A program made the translations under genes and the position numbers. From an archaeon (GTDB lineage: Archaea > Micrarchaeota > Micrarchaeia > Norongarragalinales > UBA97), in NCBI GenBank assembly GCA_020057405.1, contig JAGVFW010000003.1, forward strand, positions 128,001-192,000: a DNA stretch of 64,000 nt, written 5' to 3'. This document shows positions 60,401 to 64,000 of the stretch, in pieces. The notes beneath the pieces are model-generated. The model was given only the letters and a program-made list of their open reading frames with translations. It did no database searches and was not told the origin of the DNA. Every line of letters starts with the position of its first letter. The stretch's first letter is position 1.

Positions 60401-61571
60401 CATCAAGCAACTGCTTGACGCCAATCCCGGCTGCGCAGCCAAGGCAGGCACCGACGCTAACGGCGTGGCAATCGCCTGCGGAAAGGACAAACTCAAATTC
60501 AACCCGGCTGTCCTGCAGCAACAACAACCGCAGCCACCGAAGGACTACCTCGTAGGGGGATTGCCCGACCTCAACGATAAAGGCATCAAACTCACACTAC
60601 AGGGAAGCGCGCTGCAGCTTCACGCAGTCCAGTTCGGGTTCCTGCCGGACGAAGGCGGGTTGATACACTTGCAAGTCAGCAGCAACAAGTTAAAACTCTC
60701 GATTCCAGGCTATGATCCGACGTTCTGTGCAACGGACAAGGCAGGAGAATACACCGAGGATAACTGCATTGTAACCTTCAGTGAAGTGTTCAGCCCGAGC
60801 AGCCTCTGGGTGCAGATGCCGCGTGGCAACAAAGTCGACGTCGTCATGGCATACGCAGGCTACAATGGCGGCGAGTACGCAGGCAAATCCGACACCCTGA
60901 CGCTCCAACCGCCAACCACCGCAACTTTCACCGTAACGCCGGCCACATATAACTCGGCAACTGAAACGCCATTCACCATCACCCGCAATGGATACCGCGG
61001 GAAAATCACGGCAGTCGGCATGCGCGGTACGACCGAAGCATCAACTTTGAACGTCGATTCAAACACCTACAAACTCGCTCCGGAAGGCTACTCTAGCGTG
61101 GTGTTCAAAGACGAGTTCGGAAAAGCTGTCACGGTTACCCAAACGGCGCCAGACACTTGCCAAGCGTTATTCAACAAACCAACTGTCGAAGTCAAGGCCG
61201 CCCTGATTGCCACGCAAGTGCCCGGCAGCGTGCGCGTGGAAGTCAACGGCAAGATAACCATTGCGCGAAACCCCAGCCTAGCGCCAGGCCAGAACGTTAT
61301 AGTCAAGAAAGCTGAATTTCAAGCCTACCTATCGAGCAACGACAAACAATTGAGTGGAAACAACGTAGTAGTGGACGCAAACACTCCGCTTGTAATCCCC
61401 ATCGAACCCGAGCCAGGCTGGCATTTCGTAGACATTACCAGAAGCGATTGCAACGGGGCAGGCAAGCCGTTCCTGAGGATTAACTACGACGATGACTTTA
61501 TCGGGGGCGAGAAGACCTACACTTGCTACAACGACGCCTGCGACAAGCCACCCGCCGAGCCCACGACTTAG
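51402..61571 (+). CDS. Giant surface protein (3389 aa), paralog of 42168..50129
   Basis: N-terminal LEDKYYDLCDWL..KGMP + TM; carboxypeptidase-regulatory-like repeats; PT linker; Cys-rich and PKD-like repeats. Confidence 0.9.
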   Translation: MGEGEQSEGSGGIYHQLEDKYYDLCDWLVEKGMPVYQYWVEPIEKNGVPSFPISVIILFALLFAIGFGLGAFGGVGNIFAPQTASLDVSVLADGAAVAGAQVSLTIDGGKTFTATTDSGGTVSFSGLPKGARGVIEVTKDGYGVLKRAVVIGEPVTASLQASEVTPPPSQRTVVTFVDEKTQTPLDGVKVVYRDSKLGVQELASSADGKAELPVSDDTVTIFVSYDNYKPTREVITAGSTNKIVFLTAVTSPPPEGCTGVNCPQPKASVAVTVVDPDGNPVDGLVQLFESGNTAGPKSARTANGVALFEDAKAAGVTVYAVFTPDDTATFGNAQSESLTLAEGSNDLVVTVATRPLEGTIKIDLTVQDDAGSKISGARVMLFLAGSTDPVSIQETNELGIASFEAASNVEKVAIAYSPGLLPSDKLLMQSTSQYGTLVLKKPIAGNSGKVKVAVTDTDGHTQVAGADVELRYFEDNYPLGMPPIQTNEVGEALFELVPPDKRFIAVASYGAQRGKSAGFTGSAGNTVNVPVKLDKARGDIAILVRDPISHNPIANANATATVQRNPAGQCATNGQGTCVIKNVEANTAVTLSVNAPGYVVKTIDGLSVPALGILSVIIEDDLVPAALANESRLHVALYDPSCGTPIASSAIEKGRTYCVRVDFNLPTAQANPVGFNVRINGDGTADADFASVTYFQDLDVLRLTPDKLTIKRSNDYATAAGYSCDDAHRKSANKPIKWVNYEFQNVQGNKAILLKVFVKPSAQNGDKLSLNYFSYAARDGRFYRVPQDAVLSTQRSTAARDWCQATSSTAEYTIADGTVAYSKDGALGISFSQAKDGPRASSLATQPGNGFFVHFSGRLFSAPTAPFINVYFADPAGNKRAYALFNEFSYSIGGISLAASRIDFQSPTPSPSPDPTPTPTPSPTATPSPTPNATATPSPTPPPGPTNLTVTVTTCSSGSPLAGATVNAGNDIRNTDSHGVAFFPAMAPGQVQLSISATNYVTRGAGVQINQGQANTFSTCLNRQGETGGGGGETVGGGPINNLSEYRINIDPAAIPVRDGVWEVAGWLRATAAVPIPAGRVFAEFGDDGRPDNQVVVRSNASIRIYGTGQLVIEATPVQIYAGTDTRVVVVIRTAQGAPVTNTILSVNNIDGTDSPFGSQYSNGDVQLVGDNTRDRGQDGRYVFTLRPLRSGTFTFAAGGNYDPRFASGVLLENVVHHNFAEATPASLSLGCTAQTLSVRNSLDYSSAPIQVFVRESCVTVTGATCGTVNGNTNCSFVLEPLAEKTLTITPKFSGDCPIVVSSNPAPLLQSSQTVGTSIDCAQLESSCAISFDKDFVTGGAQGTVRATATFANLRPSDPATNISCDYPDAEGTRVGISGGVARRQCTYAEVGGFTEFTVHAVSDGGVECSQTITVLPPSSVPTCSLTSRPINGTTIARLSADFFNLPTSIQKAFFFCTPNDDPHEVDVTPSEGVASATFDCDYATQNGGLFNASAAAGTAFCFNPNVRLTPQDSCALGGEQLRFGNCSTSASWLRCDESPSNPAIAQDAACCSEVLGSGRVLKNSPSVHCGPVNPPQGKCDDGIASPGECGSNGAAPLPLRCGNDFTFATDGACCAEVLGYTYDASRHACIKPSTAGKCVVTDGTTNVVTDYGVCSTVYSGQKCEGDASAPALKGENACCPQGQVYNDNAKKCVPSNQGSSSCSSFADPGRSNCLRPNAVGVPAPFQCSDSTLQQEGACCTNIVSNGKKFRQSTDGNYCVEIPANELTPDCTLNVTSYTRGSVSEQGSLNATLVALNGFGGGSGKFDYSCDRGVAQTRTQTFTISNTPGVTKGLQFNCDYPRQWLDYSVMPATAAIVSNNERQASIACTLGGPADVIRDGVIIVRGTSGANLTFTAKAFAGSTDWTQLTERLLGPLSSVTLKVKATSLPTGVTSSQVHLTFVCDSSEEESQQQMTASRTEQNTWTGFCSYASARGTAFPATHSARAFYQIEATNQSGTFIIPPVPAGINAGFPPILEYDAPVAAGFAEFSGLPYDVLHAATPQDQSMKVGLSALFTGLPPSINAQFTTDCGNGGQTVQASALASTDGKATAKFNCTYSSGTPQDFTVKARFDYKGLSGNRILAANAENTGSVAYAPSGSNAACTFDTLPAQIIAGDPNLNNFQPIARVLGLVKAPKSVRIDCGNGAQVDARLENIAGEGQSVAVKATARTACRYDFSFLQEGGTQVQFKDAQLAVFVDGGDCEVAGGSEVHVVSDNNTPTLALAGFEVTPATGDQLNQDGSVKTPGTNAVASFTPTATAAHAIADATFSAKIDCGTGSTTAGSPTTVQLPDDGSGTVFAADGQSKCEYKPVVADAQRKITVSLYRTAGSKTNKVGSVQNTFTQVKTPAQGAEFQACNNPMMMMLMFGQMSGEVGVDQGVENSERAALLRAQAQKLADQGKAIVLNADGFATSPAATSRTAYLSSVIGSFATEPVPVVNLVPSANPITFDVNVPGDGASCLTPSIYGGTPNGQSSVKLKTGQTAAVAFRINPAGCQNIAQIGVEIRAQVSGSPRSSIIIVSIVKLNGLDAYKSVTAPGNTAVQLRTKAANPQEPFVINAQYQPLARDAFPQGVTSAIVPFDAAKLEKLVAFDVVGNSLSSDPNAALGCSGKDFCTPKQAQAAADKLAGEIAAAIGPVSSKRTDSVPQDTYMRALADELYKQNSVFGNQVQQNGGLQGGLFSSPLGLLAMGGFGGNTGGSQACAAMMQCTIMMKQLLKNNAALGPDAQALPLIFCSDKKVQESLSKGDSSQFTNLFILSSLSNRVQQQKGTIKTGGGYVIMRGQGQGAQSNYPLSIPIRVSQTKDSESSMQQITCDIRSELDVKCSPKPITNGRVGQPFLDSSGIVQFDEGKRNLYTMNKYGATDAADCHYHWSSNNLVDDTSGCNIPAVLTAVNGLCSDKPNGVCAALVMSEGKLYRGLVSGQGFPIPIDYVNAGTGFKRNTEMTDDLKAFLLDEANAGTAIKQLLDANPGCAAKAGTDANGVAIACGKDKLKFNPAVLQQQQPQPPKDYLVGGLPDLNDKGIKLTLQGSALQLHAVQFGFLPDEGGLIHLQVSSNKLKLSIPGYDPTFCATDKAGEYTEDNCIVTFSEVFSPSSLWVQMPRGNKVDVVMAYAGYNGGEYAGKSDTLTLQPPTTATFTVTPATYNSATETPFTITRNGYRGKITAVGMRGTTEASTLNVDSNTYKLAPEGYSSVVFKDEFGKAVTVTQTAPDTCQALFNKPTVEVKAALIATQVPGSVRVEVNGKITIARNPSLAPGQNVIVKKAEFQAYLSSNDKQLSGNNVVVDANTPLVIPIEPEPGWHFVDITRSDCNGAGKPFLRINYDDDFIGGEKTYTCYNDACDKPPAEPTT

Positions 61572-61647
61572 CAACCACGAATTGCCGCCTTCCGCCGCCT
61601 TAAAAACGCTTTTCCTACATAAGTAATTCAAGCTGTTTTGGTGGATT

Positions 61648-62760
61648 TTGTTGGATATTCCGAACCCGTATCTTGGCAGGGACTACCGCGTTTACATGGT
61701 AGTGCCCGTAGTGCTAATGCTCATCGCGGCATACTTCGTGCTCGTTAACCCCGGCCTAGAGCAGGGAATCGACTTGAAGGGCGGCCTTCTTATCACGCTT
61801 CAGACAAGCAAGCCCGTCGACACTCCGGCACTGCAGGCGGCGCTCTTGAAGTACTCAAGCAGCGTTGAAATCCGCACGATTAGCACTCCAAGCGGAGGCA
61901 CTGGCGTTGAAATCGAGCTTGAAAACAATCCCGAGCTAGAGCAGGCGGAAGCCGACGTAAAGTCGCTTTTAGAGCTTGACAGGACGCTTACCGACGCCGA
62001 GCTTGCAATAGCGGCGCAAAACGGCACTGGCGACACCAGCCGCGTGACTGCCCTCAAGACCCAGATTTTCGCCCAAAGCAAGGCAATACTCGCATCAATC
62101 CGCTCGCAGGCCGTTGTAGGCGACGACGCGCACGAGACAGTCCAGGTTGTTGCCGACGAGCAGGCCGCTGCAAAGGCAGCCTACCGCGAGACCCTCATTA
62201 GCGAAGTGAAGCGGCTAACGGGCACGAGCGACCTGAGCTTCCGCGAAGTCGGCTCGTCGCTCTCCAAGTTCTTCCTCACAAAGACGCGCGAAATCGTCCT
62301 ACTCGCCTTCGCCCTCTCGGCAATAGTCATCTTCCTCGTCTTCCGCTCGATTGCCCCAAGCATTGCAGTCATCTTCGGCGCGGTTGCCGACGTGACGATT
62401 ACGATGGGAGTAATGGCCCTCGTCGGCATTCCCCTCACGCTTGCAACTATCGCCACCCTCTTAATGCTCATCGGCTTTTCACTCGACACCGACGTCATGC
62501 TTACCATGCGCGTGATTAAGCGAAAGGAAGGCACGGCAGAAGAGCGGGCGTTTGAGGCACTCAAGACCGGATTTCTCATGAACCTGACGACCATAGGCGC
62601 GTTTGGGGCGCTCTACATCGTCGCCCAGTGGCTTCAAATCAGCACGTACGCCCAAATCGGGAGCGTGGCGCTCATCGGCGGCTTTGCAGACTTCATCGCC
62701 ACCTGGATGTTCAACGCTGCGCTCATCCTTTGGTGGCACAATAGGGGGCTAAAGAAATGA
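61648..62760 (+). CDS. secF: Protein translocase subunit SecF
   Basis: GIDLKGG, VGSSLS, FRS, LLMLIGFSLDTDVMLT. Confidence 0.92.
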   Translation: MLDIPNPYLGRDYRVYMVVPVVLMLIAAYFVLVNPGLEQGIDLKGGLLITLQTSKPVDTPALQAALLKYSSSVEIRTISTPSGGTGVEIELENNPELEQAEADVKSLLELDRTLTDAELAIAAQNGTGDTSRVTALKTQIFAQSKAILASIRSQAVVGDDAHETVQVVADEQAAAKAAYRETLISEVKRLTGTSDLSFREVGSSLSKFFLTKTREIVLLAFALSAIVIFLVFRSIAPSIAVIFGAVADVTITMGVMALVGIPLTLATIATLLMLIGFSLDTDVMLTMRVIKRKEGTAEERAFEALKTGFLMNLTTIGAFGALYIVAQWLQISTYAQIGSVALIGGFADFIATWMFNAALILWWHNRGLKK

Positions 62761-64000
62761 ACTACGCCGGCCTCCTTGGCAACAGGCGCATCCAAATTGT
62801 CATCTTAGTCGCGCTAGTGTCGCTAGCCGCGGTCTTGCTTCGCGACTTAAATCCCTCAACGCTTGACGTCAACCTAGGCATCGAGTTTGTCGGCGGAGTG
62901 AGGATTCCGGTCATGCTCGAGCACAGCATCGATGCAGTGGCTATGGACCAAATGGTCGAGACGGTAAAGACGCGCATCAACAAGTACGGCCTCTCACAGG
63001 CGGTCGTGCGGCCGGTTGGCGACAGCGAAATACTCGTTGAAATCCCGCAGGCAGATGACAGCGTGATAAAGAGCGTCGAGACGCTCCTAAAGGACCAAGG
63101 CAAGTTTGAGGCAGTGATTGACGGCAAGCTCGCGCTTGCTGGGAGCGACATTCTTGCAAACGCAGTAGGCGGGGCCAGCAACGAAGGCGTCACGAGCACG
63201 GCTGGTGGCGGTGTTGGCTGGTACATTGGCTTTGCCGCATCGCGGCCCGGTGCCGAGCGGTTTGCCGCGGCGGCGACTGGAAAGGCATACTACCCGGTCT
63301 ACATGTTCCTCGACAGGCCCTCAAACGCGTCGATTTTGTTTGACAACGCTTGGCTCAACAACACTTCAGACTCGGCCCGCATCATGGGAGCAATGCAAAA
63401 AGCGGTTGCCAAGCAGGGCGACGACCTCGAAATACTCTCGCCATCCGACTTTTCCAACAACACGCCGGCGTCATTGGCCACGAAAACCGTTTTCGTCGCA
63501 GACAAGGACCTTGCAACCGACCACCCCGACATCTACCGCAAGCTACAGCAACTGGGCTTCAATGAAACGCCGTCAACAAGCGGCAAGCGCTTGATTCTTT
63601 TCGAGCGGGCTGACATGATTCCCCTCACTTACGTCAGCGAACAGTCCGAGATGATTGTGAATGACTGGCGCGCAATTGGCCTGCTTTCTGGCCCGACCCT
63701 CTCCCCCGGCCTTGCAAACGGGTTTGTCTCGCAGTTCTACCAGGTGAATGGAGGCGCCCGCGGCAACACGCCCGACGAGCAGAAGAAGAATGCTATTGCT
63801 GAAATCAAGCACTTAAAGACGGTCATCAGCGGCGGGAGGCTGCCGGTTAGCACGTTTATCGGCTCAAGCTACACTGTCGCCCCGTCACTCGGCAAGCAGT
63901 TCCTCAACTACAGCGCAATCGGCGTGCTCCTCAGCGTCGCCATAGTCGCCGGTCTAATCGTCCTGCGCTACAGGAAAGTCCTCCTCGCCGTGCCCATCGT
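62757..64000 (+). CDS. secD: Protein translocase subunit SecD, truncated by the window end
   Basis: ATG overlaps the secF stop; NLGIEFVGGVRI, RINKYGL, GKFEA, SGGRLPV, VAPSLG; frame open to the window end. Confidence 0.9.
   Translation, partial: MNYAGLLGNRRIQIVILVALVSLAAVLLRDLNPSTLDVNLGIEFVGGVRIPVMLEHSIDAVAMDQMVETVKTRINKYGLSQAVVRPVGDSEILVEIPQADDSVIKSVETLLKDQGKFEAVIDGKLALAGSDILANAVGGASNEGVTSTAGGGVGWYIGFAASRPGAERFAAAATGKAYYPVYMFLDRPSNASILFDNAWLNNTSDSARIMGAMQKAVAKQGDDLEILSPSDFSNNTPASLATKTVFVADKDLATDHPDIYRKLQQLGFNETPSTSGKRLILFERADMIPLTYVSEQSEMIVNDWRAIGLLSGPTLSPGLANGFVSQFYQVNGGARGNTPDEQKKNAIAEIKHLKTVISGGRLPVSTFIGSSYTVAPSLGKQFLNYSAIGVLLSVAIVAGLIVLRYRKVLLAVPI

Noticed and set aside
42168-61571. Numerous 60-190 aa antisense and alternate-frame ORFs within the giant genes
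   Set aside because: Expected shadows of GC-rich coding sequence, with no independent motifs or start signals.
1-64000. Stop-codon reassignment or programmed frameshifts
   Set aside because: All recognisable conserved genes are full length under the standard code.

Overview
This is an archaeal chromosomal window, most consistent with a DPANN lineage (Candidatus Micrarchaeota-like). That placement is an inference from a three-unit epsilon2-type tRNA splicing endonuclease, a class I LysRS, the rpoE'-spt4-rps24e-rps27ae block and TATA-box promoters. The left half (~1-28 kb) is housekeeping and energy: endA, lysS, aIF2-gamma, adk, ndk, tRNA-Lys, a complete A/V-type ATP synthase operon, an aminotransferase, a K+-independent membrane pyrophosphatase, LemA/TPM, a divergent RelE/RHH pair and ileS. 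The right half (~28-64 kb) is a cell-surface island. It has two paralogous, heavily N-glycosylatable C-terminally anchored proteins (one of ~2190 aa with 10 disulfide Ig-like repeats) flanking a degenerate GPN-type GTPase, plus an HTH/PIN pair and an atypical tRNA-Ala. It then continues with an archaeosortase/exosortase-family peptidase, a Cys-rich pilin-like protein, two paralogous giant N-anchored proteins (2653 and 3389 aa) built from unrecognised repeats, a secreted 399 aa protein and secF-secD. This surface island is the best candidate for an undescribed system, possibly a host-attachment apparatus. All calls come from reading motifs by eye; no database searches were run.
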